Source: an uncultured Actinomycetota bacterium
GTDB lineage: Bacteria; Actinomycetota; Actinomycetes; Streptomycetales; Streptomycetaceae
Assembly: GCA_963798065.1 (NCBI GenBank)
Contig: CAWCSC010000030.1
Span: forward strand, 2,293 to 66,292
Direction: 5' to 3'
DNA length: 64,000 bases
This document shows, piece by piece, positions 35,199-45,673 of the stretch. A program made the position numbers and the translations under genes. Each line of letters begins with the position of its first letter. The first letter of the stretch is position 1. The notes under the pieces are model-generated. The model was not told the origin of the DNA, did no database searches, and saw nothing but the letters and a program-made list of their open reading frames with translations.

Positions 35199-37176
35199 GT
35201 GCGTCCGCCAGCAACTCCACGGGAGAGATCCACGCCAGAGCCCACTCCTGCCCGGGATGAAGCGGACTCGTCAGGTACCCGCCCCGAGACCTCCAGCCAG
35301 TCCTCCAGCCCTTCCTCCTCGGAGTCGTCGAGCCCTGCCCATGAGCCCGTGACGGACCTGTCCGATCTGCCCCCTGCCTGGCCCGGGCGCCGCGCTCTCG
35401 CCTGGCCCGGCATTGCGCTGTTCGTCGCGCTCGCCCTGTGGGCGTACGCCATGCGGCACACCGATGTCTCGCAACTCGACGACTACGGCCTGGTCACCGC
35501 GCTGCACCCCACCTTCTGGGCGGGCCTCGCGGTGCTCACCACCGGCTTCTGGTTCACGGTCCGCGATCCGAGCCGGCGGGGCGGCTGGGCGGCGGCGTAC
35601 GTCCTCGGCCTGCTGGTCATGGAGCGGGCCACCCAGGCCGTGCTGTATCCGACCCCGCTGTACGCCTGGGCGTGGAAGCACGAGGCGGTCATCGACCACC
35701 TGCTGACGGCCGGCGGTCTGCAGAACGGCCGACCAGGTCGGCGACATGGCGGTGTACGACCAGTGGCCGGGCTTCTTCGCCGCCCAGGCCGCCCTGGTGC
35801 GGCTGCTGGGCGTGGACTCGGCGGCGATGTTCATGGCCTGGTGGCCCCTGGCCTCCAGCCTGATGCTGCTGCTCCCGCTGCTGCTGATCTACCGCACCTT
35901 CACCGAGGACCGGCGGCTGATCTGGACCGCGGTCTGGCTCTTCTACGTCGCCAACTGGGTCGGGCAGGACTACTTCTCGCCCCAGTCCGTGGCCTACGCG
36001 CTGCATGTCGGCGTCCTGGCCGTCGTCCTGCGCCGATTCGGCCGGTCCGCCGTGCGGCGCGGGCAGCCTCGGCAGGCCGTGTGGACGGTGGTGATCACCG
36101 TCATGCTCGTGGCGATCGTCATCTCCCACCAGCTCACCCCGGGCATGCTGGTGGTCTGTCTGCTCGCCCTGTGCCTCAGCCGCCGCTACCGCGACTGGGT
36201 CCCGGTGGTCACGACCCTCGTGATCTTCCTGGCCTGGTGTCTCACGGCGGCGCTGCCCTTCCTGTCCGCGGCCATGCCGGACATGATCCGCTCCGTCGGT
36301 GACGTCGGCGCCAACGTCGAGACGGGGTACGGCGCCACCCCGACCGGCACCGGAGCCATCGCGACCTCCTGGGCGGCCCGGCTGCTGTCCGGCTCCGTCC
36401 TGCTGTTCGCGGCCGTCGGCGTCCTGCGCCAACGGGTGCTGCGGCACCGGGCCCGGCCGCTGCTGCTGATCGCGGCGGCCCCGCTGCCCATGTTCGCGGC
36501 GAGCAGCTACGGCAGCGAGATGATCTTCCGGGTGCTGCTGTTCATGCTGCCCGGCGCCGCGTTCTTCGCCGCCGCGGCGCTGCTGCCCAAGGTCCGTACG
36601 CTGGCCGCCGACGCCGCCGCGCGGGAGGCCGGCAGCCGGTACCGCGACGGGCAGGCCGCCCCCGCCCCGGGCCGGCGATGGGGGCTCGGCGCGTGGGTGC
36701 CGCTGGCCGCACTGCTCGGCGGAACCCTGGCATTCGTCCCGGCCTACTCCGGCAAGGACCGGATCAACTACTTCCCGCCGCAGGAAGTGGCCCTCGTACG
36801 GCAGCTGTTCGACCAGGCGCCCGACGGCTCGCTCGTCGTGGCCGCCAACCGCAACTACCCGCTCGCGTCCGCCTCCTACTGGAGCGTCGACCACTACTGG
36901 TTCCTGGACGACGCCCGCAGTCACGTCGACCGGATCGTCCAGAACCCGGCAGCCACCCTCGCCACTGACATGGCCGGGGTGGAGCGGCCGGCCCGGGCCT
37001 ACTTCCTGCTCACCCAGGGGCAGTCGGCCAACTCCGAGATGAACGGACAGCTCGACAAGGCGCAGCTGGACCGCATCCGGAGGTCCGTCGCCGCCTCACC
37101 ACGGTTCCAGCTCGTGGCGGAGAACAGCGCCGGATGGCTCTACGTACTGAAGCCGGCGCAGGGAGCGGAGCGATGA
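35199..37176 (+). CDS. Polytopic membrane protein, putative GT-C/Wzy-like glycosyltransferase (frameshift near 35725)
   Basis: More than 12 TM helices with loops YAWAWKH, YDQWPGFF, WVGQDYFSPQ, SHQLTP, YGSEMIFR; lies in the flippase operon. Confidence 0.65.
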
Positions 37177-37613
37177 CACCGCAGGAACTCGTGGTCCGGA
37201 TGCTGCCGCCGTTCGGCGGCTGGCTCGCGCTCGCCGCGCTCGCCCTGCCCGGCGGATCGCCGCTGCGGGGCGCCGCGGTCGTCCTCTTCCTGGCGGCGGG
37301 CCCGGGCGCGGCGATGGTCAGAGTCTGTGCTCCGGCGCTGGGGGCGCGGCCCGCCGAAGGGCCCGTCGAGCGCCGGGACCCCGGCTTCGCACGCCACTCC
37401 GACCTGCTGGAGCGGCTGATGCTGACGCTCTTCGTGAGCATCGGCGCCGTGATGCTGGTCGCGACGGTGCTGATCGCCACGCACACCTTCAGCGCGCAGC
37501 GGGTGCTGCTGACGCTGACCCTGCTGACCACGCTCGCCGCGTTCTGTCCGCCGCTGCGCGCCTCCCCGCCGTCGACGACGACGCCGAGTACACCGAAGGG
37601 TCCTGCTCAGTGA
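37173..37613 (+). CDS. Small four-TM membrane protein
   Basis: ATGA/GTGA coupling with both neighbours; FLAAGPGAA motif; hydrophobic. Confidence 0.7.
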   Translation: MTPQELVVRMLPPFGGWLALAALALPGGSPLRGAAVVLFLAAGPGAAMVRVCAPALGARPAEGPVERRDPGFARHSDLLERLMLTLFVSIGAVMLVATVLIATHTFSAQRVLLTLTLLTTLAAFCPPLRASPPSTTTPSTPKGPAQ

Positions 37614-38764
37614 GGTTCAACCGTCCCCACCGTCTCTTTCGCCGCGACCCGATCACGACCGGACAGCACCGACAGCATCGCGAAAGGACCCCCGAGGAGC
37701 AGCCGGCCGCCGGTTCGTTCGCATCGAGCCGGCGCCGTCTGCTGATCACGTCCGCCACGATCGTCAGCGCGGTCCTGGTCGGCGTACTGGCCCTCCGGGA
37801 CGCCTCCGGGCCGGACCCCCAAGGCGCCGGTTCCCCAGCGGACTGCCGTCCCACGGCACTCCTGGAACCGCCCTGCGGAGCCTGGTTCGGCGCCTTCGTG
37901 CCGCACGAGCGCAACGACCTGCCCGAGAAGGTGCGCGCCTACGAGAAACGCGTGGGCCGCGAGCTCGACATCGTGTACACGTACCACGACATGTCCCGGG
38001 CCGAGGGCGCCCGCCGCGAGGGCCAGCTGCTCACCCCGGAGGAACGGCGCGTCGGCGAGGACCACTTGCTCCTGCTCTCCTGGGAGAGCAAGTGGTGGGG
38101 CGGTACGAAGCAGCAGCAGCCGACCTGGAAGCAGATCGCGTCCGGCGAGCTGGACGACCAGGTCATCGACGTCCAGGCCCAGCGCATCAAGGACTACGGC
38201 AAGAAGGTCTTCCTCTCCTTCGACCTGGAGATGGACACCCGCACCCCGGCCAGCGGCACCCCCGCCGACTACGTCGAGGCGTACCGGCACATCCACGACC
38301 GGTTCCGCGAGCTGGGCGTCGACAACGTGGTGTGGACGTGGATCACCACCGGCTACCTCGACCACGCCGACGAGATCAAGCGGATGTATCCCGGCGACGA
38401 CTACGTCGACTGGATCGCCTACAACCAGTACAACTACTACCGCTGTCACGACGCGGGCTGGCTCACCTTCGCGCAGACCCAGAACGCCACGCACGACTGG
38501 ATCCGCGAGAACATCTCCGACGACAAGCCGCTGATGCTCTCCGAGTTCGGCACCGCCGTGGACTCGGCCCGCCCGCAGCGGCAGGCCGAGTGGTATGCGC
38601 AGGTGCCCGGAGTACTGAAGGGCCTGGAGGGCGTCAAGGCGGCCCTCCAGTGGAACTACCGCGACCCCGGACCGCACTGCAATCTGGCGCTGGCGAACGA
38701 CGCGGCCTGGGACAGTCTGCGCAAGGCGGTCGCCGACCCGTACCTCAACCAGCCGCTCCAGTAG
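37610..38764 (+). CDS. Membrane-anchored GH26-like glycoside hydrolase
   Basis: N-terminal TM, IASGELD, SFDLEMD (acid/base), YPGDDYVDWIA, KPLMLSEFG (nucleophile). Confidence 0.82.
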   Translation: MRFNRPHRLFRRDPITTGQHRQHRERTPEEQPAAGSFASSRRRLLITSATIVSAVLVGVLALRDASGPDPQGAGSPADCRPTALLEPPCGAWFGAFVPHERNDLPEKVRAYEKRVGRELDIVYTYHDMSRAEGARREGQLLTPEERRVGEDHLLLLSWESKWWGGTKQQQPTWKQIASGELDDQVIDVQAQRIKDYGKKVFLSFDLEMDTRTPASGTPADYVEAYRHIHDRFRELGVDNVVWTWITTGYLDHADEIKRMYPGDDYVDWIAYNQYNYYRCHDAGWLTFAQTQNATHDWIRENISDDKPLMLSEFGTAVDSARPQRQAEWYAQVPGVLKGLEGVKAALQWNYRDPGPHCNLALANDAAWDSLRKAVADPYLNQPLQ

Positions 38765-38805
38765 CCCTCCGACCGGCGGCTCAAGTACCTCGCCGACCGG
38801 CCGCT

Positions 38806-38963
38806 GGAGCAGCCCCCGGAAGCAGACCCCCGGAAGCAGACCTCGGGAGCAGCCCCCCGGAAGCAGACCCGGGAGCAGACCTCGGGAGCAGCCCCCCGGA
38901 AGCAGACCCCGGGAGCAGCCCCCGGAAGCAGCCCCCGGGAGCAGCCCCCGGAAGCAGTCCGGG
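38806..38963. repeat. Intergenic tandem repeat, 12 copies of a 12-14 bp unit G(G/A)AGCAG(A/C)C(C/T)nG
   Basis: Read directly: ggagcagcccccg, gaagcagacccccg, gaagcagacctcg etc., between two convergent stops. Confidence 0.9.
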
Positions 38964-39809
38964 TCAGCCCGCGAACTCGGGCCCGTGCACCACCGCACGG
39001 GCCCGCCGGTACCAGCGCCACGCGATCGTCTTCGGCCCGTCGCGGTACGGCGCGACCCGGGCGCCCGCTCCCGACAGCCAGCCCTCGACGTCGGCGACGG
39101 TGTGGGTACGCCGGACGATGAGCCGGGCGATGCGGTATCGCTCGTCGTGGTCGGAGCTGAGGGCGTGCCGTACGGCGGTCGCCGTCTCGTAGCCGGCCCG
39201 GGCCGACATGGCCCGCACCCGCGGGCTGTTGTAGCCGTGCGGATAGGCGAGATGGCGGACCTCGTGCCCGAGCGCGTCCTCCAGCACCGCCTTGGACGTG
39301 CGCAGTTCGTACGCCAGGTCCTTGCCGGACAGGGTGTCGAGCTGTGCGTGCGTGACGGTGTGGCTGCCGATCTCCATGCCGGAACGTTCCAGCTCCGCTG
39401 CCCGGTCCAGGGTCATCATCGGGGCGGGCGGCAGGAGACTGCGGCCGCCCGGGGCGATGGCGCCGGTGGTGAGATAGGCGGTGGCGGGCAGCGCGCGGTC
39501 GGCCAGCGTCTCGGCGGTGGGGCCGGGCAGATCGGCGAAGCCGTCGTCGAAGGTGAGCAGCACGGGCCGGGGTGGCAGGGGCGCCCGCCCGGCCAGGTGG
39601 TCGGCGATCGCGCTGATCGTGACGGGCGTACGGCCGCTGGCCACGACGACGTCGAGATGGGCCGCGAACTGCCGGGGGGTGACCGTGAACTCGGCGATCC
39701 AGGCGGGCGGGTCGTCCATCACGGCGTGGTACAGGAAGACGGGGATCGTGGACACAAGAATCGTGGGGGCTATCGGCCCCTCACCACGCGCACTCGTCGA
39801 GGTCCTCAT
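38964..39809 (-). CDS. Polysaccharide deacetylase (CE4/NodB, IcaB-like)
   Basis: PVFLYHAV, LTFDDG, EIGSHTVTH, LAYPHG. Confidence 0.92.
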   Translation of the reverse strand: MRTSTSARGEGPIAPTILVSTIPVFLYHAVMDDPPAWIAEFTVTPRQFAAHLDVVVASGRTPVTISAIADHLAGRAPLPPRPVLLTFDDGFADLPGPTAETLADRALPATAYLTTGAIAPGGRSLLPPAPMMTLDRAAELERSGMEIGSHTVTHAQLDTLSGKDLAYELRTSKAVLEDALGHEVRHLAYPHGYNSPRVRAMSARAGYETATAVRHALSSDHDERYRIARLIVRRTHTVADVEGWLSGAGARVAPYRDGPKTIAWRWYRRARAVVHGPEFAG

Positions 39810-41107
39810 CTCGCCCCCTGATCTGTCTTCTCACGAACGGTCGCGCGCAGCGCGTACCGCGCACGCAGATAGCCGACGGGCCCGTACACCATCCCCCTGC
39901 GCTGCAACCGAGACAGCCGCCGCGGCCAGGGATGCGTCCGCACGTCGTGGTCACCCGGCATCCCACCGCCCTGAGTCCCCTCCGTCTCGCGTACGGCCGT
40001 CAGCGTGCGGGCGTGGGCGAGGCCGCGGGGCAGCCTCGCGAGGAACGCGGGCAGCAGCGCCGGGCGGTTGACGAGCACCGCGGTGAGGTAGGCCGTGAGC
40101 CCGGCGCCGTAGCCGTACGCCTGGGTCTCCAGGTCCCGCCAGGTCTCCCGGTGGTGGTGCCACACCAGTGCGTACGGCGTGTAACGCAGCCGGTGGCCCT
40201 GGGCCAGGACGCGGACGAAGCCATAGAGGTCGTCGCCGCCCCGGGCGGCCGTACCGGCGCCGGTGGCCGGGTCGAAACCGCCGACGGAACGCAGCACCGC
40301 CGTACGGAACGCCATGTTGGCGCCGGAGCCGAACCGTCCCGCGGTGAACGGGAACAGCGGCTCGTCGCCCGGCGGGTGCTCGGGGTCGTACGTCCTTGGA
40401 GTGAAGCCTTTCGCGAAGCCGCCGTGGCTCTCCAGCAGTACCTGGGCCGGAGTGGTCAGCCGCGCGGGCAGGATCAGCCCGGTGCTGCAGCCGAGTCCGG
40501 GGTCGGCGGTGAAGGGCGCGGTCAGCTCGGTCAGCCAGCGCGGGTCGGCGACCACGTCGTCGTCGGTGAAGGCGACGACCTCGCCCTTGACGGCCGCCAG
40601 GCCGGTGTTGTGCGCGACCGCGAGGCCGGGCACCTGCTCGCACACGTACCGCACGCGCTCGGCGTACTTCCGCTCGACCAGCTCCCGCGTCTCGTTCGTC
40701 ACGGGAGCGTTGTCGACGACGACGATCTCGAACCGCGGGTGGTCCTGCGCCAGCAGCGAGTCCAGCGCGCGGGCCAACTGCCCGGCACGCTCCCGGGTCG
40801 CGACGACGACACTGGTGTACGGCGGCTCGTCGGGCTCACCGGCCTGCGCAGGAGCGCACTGTGCCCGCGCCCGCCGCGTCAGCACGGCCGTCGCATCCGC
40901 CCCCTCCGGCACCCGCCCGAGCAACGTGCCCACGGGCCGCCCACCCCTGCGGACCAGCACGAACACCTCTCCGTGCGTCACCGGCGGGCTCCCCGGACCG
41001 GGTCTGAGCACCGCCTCGTCACCGTCGAGGTCCAGCTCGGCGACCTGCACCGCCCCGATGTCCAGGAACCGCCGTATCTCCTCCTGCGCAACGGCCGAAC
41101 GAGCCAT
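39806..41107 (-). CDS. Family 2 glycosyltransferase
   Basis: SVVVATRER, VVDNAP, FTDDDV, GSGANMAFR, GGDDL. Confidence 0.92.
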   Translation of the reverse strand: MARSAVAQEEIRRFLDIGAVQVAELDLDGDEAVLRPGPGSPPVTHGEVFVLVRRGGRPVGTLLGRVPEGADATAVLTRRARAQCAPAQAGEPDEPPYTSVVVATRERAGQLARALDSLLAQDHPRFEIVVVDNAPVTNETRELVERKYAERVRYVCEQVPGLAVAHNTGLAAVKGEVVAFTDDDVVADPRWLTELTAPFTADPGLGCSTGLILPARLTTPAQVLLESHGGFAKGFTPRTYDPEHPPGDEPLFPFTAGRFGSGANMAFRTAVLRSVGGFDPATGAGTAARGGDDLYGFVRVLAQGHRLRYTPYALVWHHHRETWRDLETQAYGYGAGLTAYLTAVLVNRPALLPAFLARLPRGLAHARTLTAVRETEGTQGGGMPGDHDVRTHPWPRRLSRLQRRGMVYGPVGYLRARYALRATVREKTDQGAR

Positions 41108-41126
41108 GCGCCCTCCCCCGCTCGTG

Positions 41127-42212
41127 TCACGTACGGCGCAGCCTTGCCGCGCCCTTCAGGGTCCGCGCGGCCAGCGCCGCGAGCCGCGGCCTGCTGCGGA
41201 CGAAACTGTGCGCCCGGCGGGCCGGCTCGCGGCTCAGCCAGTGCAGCGCCGCGCCCGCTCCCGGTCGCGTCACCGCACCCTCGTACACGGGCAGTTCGCC
41301 GGTCTTGAGCGCGTCCTTGTACTCCGCCCCTCCCCGCCCCAGGTCGAGCATGCCGATGCCCTCGGCGGCCGCCGCCTCGGCCATGCGCAGGTGCAGCACC
41401 AGACCCGGCGAGTACTTCGAGAACTCCGGGTCGTAGGCCGGGAACCAGCAGGCCAGGACCGACGCCGAGCGCAGCCCGAAGTGCGCGGCGACGGGCCGCT
41501 CACCGGCGTACAGCACGGACAGCGTGCCGCTGCACTCCGGCGCCCGGGTCTCGGCCAGCCGTCCCACGAGCCGGGTGATCCACTCCCGTGCGAACCGGTC
41601 CTGGCGGCCCGTCCTGCGGTACTGCGCCGACTTCCACTCCATGAGGGTGCGCAGCGCGGCCGGGTCGCGTTCGTCGAACACGAACCGTGGCTCGCCGACC
41701 TGCCGGCCCAGCTTGCGCTCCTTGGCCAGGGTGGTCTTCAGGAACTTGGGCGACTGGGCGCGCAGCACCGACTCGTACGTCTCGTAGCCCTTCTCCACGT
41801 CGATGACGTAGGTGGAGTGCTCCTCGGCCGCGTACCGGACGAACAGCCGCTGCTCGGCCTCCAGGTTGTCGAAGGCGAAGCTCGACACCGAGCAGGCCCG
41901 CAGGAGCCGGCCCGTATCCAGGTCCAGGCCCGGCCGCAGGATGGCGCCCTGCGCGTCCGAGACGCCGAGCCCGATCGCCCGGCCCTGCCCCAACGGGCCC
42001 CGCTCATGAGGCAGGAAGCCGGCCGGCTCCAGCCCCTCGTACACCACCGCGACCCGTGCCTGCGGCCTCACCAGGCCGACGGCTTCGGTGAACTCCGGTT
42101 CCATGAAAGGGTTGCGCGGTGCCTGTGAGGCCGCGCGCAGTGCGCGCCAGCGCTCCCTTTCCCCCTCGCCGAGCCCTCCGGGCCCAGCCACGCGAATGCG
42201 CCCACTGCTCAA
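41127..42212 (-). CDS. GNAT-fold acyltransferase of CelD/BcsL type (start approximate)
   Basis: NPFMEPEF, PVAAHFGL, WFPAYDPEFSKYSPGLVLH, LDLGRGGAEYK. Confidence 0.85.
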   Translation of the reverse strand: MSSGRIRVAGPGGLGEGERERWRALRAASQAPRNPFMEPEFTEAVGLVRPQARVAVVYEGLEPAGFLPHERGPLGQGRAIGLGVSDAQGAILRPGLDLDTGRLLRACSVSSFAFDNLEAEQRLFVRYAAEEHSTYVIDVEKGYETYESVLRAQSPKFLKTTLAKERKLGRQVGEPRFVFDERDPAALRTLMEWKSAQYRRTGRQDRFAREWITRLVGRLAETRAPECSGTLSVLYAGERPVAAHFGLRSASVLACWFPAYDPEFSKYSPGLVLHLRMAEAAAAEGIGMLDLGRGGAEYKDALKTGELPVYEGAVTRPGAGAALHWLSREPARRAHSFVRSRPRLAALAARTLKGAARLRRT

Positions 42213-42383
42213 CCTGACCCCCCGATCAAGTCCCCCCTGGACACTTGGAAGGTACCGCCCGAGACGGCCCCGAGGGTAGGTAGCGGACCATGTTGTTGCC
42301 AACTGGTGCAGAGGCCTTCAACCGGGCAATCGGCGTCCACGGCACGATGAAACGGAGGGTCGCGCTGTCCGTATTCTCAGATC

Positions 42384-43233
42384 ATGGCCGCACCCATCGC
42401 ATATTCACTCATCGCCACCGACCTGGACGGAACGCTGCTGCGCGGCGACGACACCCTCTCCGACCGGTCACTCGCCGCGCTCGCGCGGGTGGCGGACGCC
42501 GGTGCCCAGCACCTCGTGGTGACGGGCCGGCCGGCGCCGAGAGTGCGACCGCTCCTCGACGACCTCGGCTGCACGGGGCTCGCGGTGTGCGGGCAGGGCG
42601 CGCAGGTGTACGACGCCGGAGCGGACCGCTTGCTGTGGTCCATCACCCTGGACCGGGAACTGGCGGAGACCGCGCTCGGCAAGATCGAGGCCGAGGTGGG
42701 GCAGGTGTACGCCGCGGTCGACCAGGACGGGGTCGACGGGCTCACGCTCATCGAGCCGGGCTATCTCATGCCGCACCCGACCCTGCCGGCCGTGCGGGTC
42801 GACCGGCGCGACGAACTGTGGGGCGAGCCCGATCAGCAAGGTGCTGCTGCGCCATCCCCGTCTGACGGACGACGAGTTGGCGGCGACGGCCCGTTCGGTG
42901 GTCGGCTCGCTGGCGACGGTGACGATGTCGGGGCCCGGCACGGTCGAGCTCCAGCCGTGCGGCATCACCAAGGCGACGGGCCTGGCACTGGCCGCCGAGC
43001 ACCTGGGGCTGCGGCCGGCGGACACCGTCGCCTTCGGCGACATGCCCAACGACATCCCGATGTTCGACTGGGCCGCCCACGGCGTGGCGATGGCCAACGC
43101 CCATCCCGAACTCAAGGCCGTGGCCGACGAGATCACCCTGTCGAACGAGGACGACGGCATCGCCGTCGTCCTCGAGCGACTGCTGGACGGGAGGGCTCAG
43201 TACGGGCCGTTGACGTTGTCGATCGAGCCGTAG
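42384..43233 (+). CDS. Cof-type HAD hydrolase (frameshift near 42830)
   Basis: ATDLDGTLL, VTGRP, ITKATGL, AFGDMPNDIPM. Confidence 0.9.
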
Positions 43234-43977
43234 CGGTCGGCCGCGTAGTTGCAGGCCGCCGTGATGTTGGCGACCGGGTCGTACGGGTCCCAGCGACGTG
43301 CCGTCCACGTGGTAGGCCTGGAAGGTCGGGTCGATGGTCTGGAGCAGGCCCTTGGACGGGGTGCCCGCGACGGCGTTCGAGTCCCAGTTGTTGATCGCCT
43401 GGGGGTTGCCGGACGACTCACGCATGATGTTGCGGTAGATGCCGTCGTACGAGCCCGGAATGCCCTTCTGCGCCATGATGTCCAGCGCCTCGCGGATCCA
43501 CCCGTCGAGGTTGTTCGCATAGGTCTTCGCGGAGGCCTGGGTGGCCTTGGCGACGCCACCGGCGGGCTTCGCGGCCGGCTTGGCGGGAGCGGACGACTTG
43601 GTCGCCTTCTTCTGCGAGGCGGCCGCCTTGGTCGTCGACACCTTCAGCTTCAGGCCCGGGTGGATCAGCTTCGGGTCGTCGCCGACGGCGGAGCGGTTGT
43701 CCGTGTAGAGCTTCTTCCAGCCGCCCGAGACGTCGTACTTGTCCGCGATGCGGTAAAGAGTGTCGCCCTTGGCCACGGTGTACGTGAGCGACTTGGGCTG
43801 GGCCGCCTGGGGCACGGACTGTGCGACGGCGGGTGCGCTCTGCGGCGCCTCGGCGGCGCTCGCGTAGGTGGCTCCGAGGAGCGGGAGGGTGAGTGCCGCT
43901 CCGCCGGTGCCGGCGATGGCGACACCTCGGGTGAGCGGATTGGTTCTGGGGCGACGGTGCTTGCCTCGTTTGGCCAT
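43197..43977 (-). CDS. Secreted LysM plus SLT-like lytic transglycosylase (frameshift near 43290)
   Basis: GKHRRP signal region, YTVAKGDTLYRIA LysM, RESSGNPQAINNWDSNA, PSKGLLQ, DPVANI. Confidence 0.92.
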
Positions 43978-43989
43978 GGCGGTATTCCT

Positions 43990-44185
43990 CTCCGGCGCCT
44001 GCGAGGTGAGCTGTCGGGTTCGGGCCGGGAGGTGCCCGGCCGCGCACGGCGCTGTACTGCCGTGCGCGGCTTCACCCCGAGCCGTGCCGCTGTGCGGACC
44101 GGCGACTTACCTGGGTCCCCCGCTCCTGCCCTGCGTGAGTGAGTCGGTTCCTGTGGGGGTCCGGGCGGTGGCAGGATTCGGCGTC
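43990..44185 (-). ncRNA. c-di-AMP (ydaO/yuaA) riboswitch
   Basis: Minus strand GCCGAATCC...GGAGCGGGGGACCCA...GGGGTGAA...CCCGAACCCGACAGCTCACCTCGCAGGCG directly before the RBS of a cell-wall hydrolase. Confidence 0.92.
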
Positions 44186-44371
44186 CGCCGGACAGGCCCG
44201 GAACGTATGCGAGAGCACATGTCGGGAACAAGCACCGGAGTCACATATCGTGCGGTTGACCTTGGTCGGGGGTGTTTGAGCCGCTTGATCCTTTGCGGAA
44301 GCCAAGGCTCAACTGGCGTTCGGATGAAGGGGGTACGGGGTGGCTTCGGGGTGGGATGTCGAAGGGGTTAA

Positions 44372-44387
44372 CGTGATTCAACTCACT
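44372..44387. promoter_or_regulatory. Crp-like site in AT-rich divergent region
   Basis: CGTGA-TTCAAC-TCACT. Confidence 0.4.
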
Positions 44388-44662
44388 GATCGCGAGCCCG
44401 TGGGGCAATTTCCGTCAAAGGGAATTTGCTCACTCGTCATGGCAAATCGTGCATATCTCACTACCTCCTGGTAAGTCGATAAATGTCTGTTCTTATGAGT
44501 TGATCGAAAACATAACGGTCGTGATCAGATACCACCCGGCCTGTAACCATGGGCGCTGGCGGTGATCGAAACGTGACCGGATACGCTGAGTCGAGTGATG
44601 GCAGCGACCTATCGACAAACCGGCGTAATCGCCGGCAGACACCAGCAGACAGGAGACCCCTC

Positions 44663-45673
44663 GTGACCGACGTCGGGCCGTTCGGGCTGAGCGTGCGGGA
44701 CCAGGCTCTGGAAGCCGATGTCCAGGCCGGATTGGCGGCTGTCGAGGAAGGCTTGCTCGAGGCCACCAAGAGCGAGGTGCCCTTCATCACGGAGGCCGCC
44801 CAGCACCTGGTGCGGGCCGGCGGCAAGCGGTTCCGTCCGCTGCTCGTGATGCTCTCCGCCCAGTTCGGTGACCCGTACGCGCCCGGGATCGTGCCGTCGG
44901 CCGTCGTCGTGGAGCTGACCCACCTCGCCACGCTGTACCACGACGACGTGATGGACGAGGCGACGGTGCGCCGCGGGGTGGCGAGCGCGAACACCCGCTG
45001 GGGCAACTCCGTCGCGGTCCTCACCGGCGACTTCCTCTTCGCGCGTGCCTCGCACATCCTGGCCGACCTCGGCCCGGAGGCAGTGCGGGTGCAGGCCGAG
45101 GCGTTCGAGCGGCTGGTGACCGGCCAGATCCTGGAGACGGCCGGACCGCAGGACGGCCGCGACCCCGTCGAGCACTACCTGGACGTCCTGGGCGGCAAGA
45201 CCGGTTCGCTGGTGGCGGTGTCGTGCCGGTTCGGCGCGATGATGTCCGGCGCCGACGAGACGACCGTGGACGTGCTGACCCAGTACGGCGAGCGGCTCGG
45301 CGTCGCCTTCCAGCTCGCGGACGACGTCCTGGACATCGCCTCCGACTCCCACGAGTCCGGCAAGACGCCCGGCACCGATCTGCGCGAGGGCATCCCCACG
45401 CTGCCGGTGCTGCGGCTGCGCGAGCGGGCGGCCCGGCTCGGGCTCGCGGACGACATCGCCCTGTGCGAGCTGCTGGACTGCGACCTCACCGACGACGAAC
45501 GGCACGCCGAGGCCCTGCGCCTGCTGCGGGCCCACCCGGCGCTGGAGCAGGCCCGGAAGGACACCGTCCGCTACGCCCAGGACGCGCGCGCGGCGCTGGC
45601 GCCCCTGCCCGAGTGCGCCGCGAAGGCGGCACTCGTGGAGCTGTGCGACGCGGTGGTGCACCGGGCCGGCTAG
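44663..45673 (+). CDS. Polyprenyl diphosphate synthase (HepT-like, menaquinone side chain)
   Basis: GGKRFRP, LYHDDVMD, RRG, KTGSL, FQLADDVLD. Confidence 0.93.
   Translation: MTDVGPFGLSVRDQALEADVQAGLAAVEEGLLEATKSEVPFITEAAQHLVRAGGKRFRPLLVMLSAQFGDPYAPGIVPSAVVVELTHLATLYHDDVMDEATVRRGVASANTRWGNSVAVLTGDFLFARASHILADLGPEAVRVQAEAFERLVTGQILETAGPQDGRDPVEHYLDVLGGKTGSLVAVSCRFGAMMSGADETTVDVLTQYGERLGVAFQLADDVLDIASDSHESGKTPGTDLREGIPTLPVLRLRERAARLGLADDIALCELLDCDLTDDERHAEALRLLRAHPALEQARKDTVRYAQDARAALAPLPECAAKAALVELCDAVVHRAG

Noticed and set aside
38806..38963. Possible CRISPR array
   Set aside because: Units are 12-14 bp and contiguous, with no unique spacers and no cas genes
43197..43233. 37-bp convergent overlap of the HAD and SLT genes
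   Set aside because: Common in GC-rich genomes and may depend on an indel error
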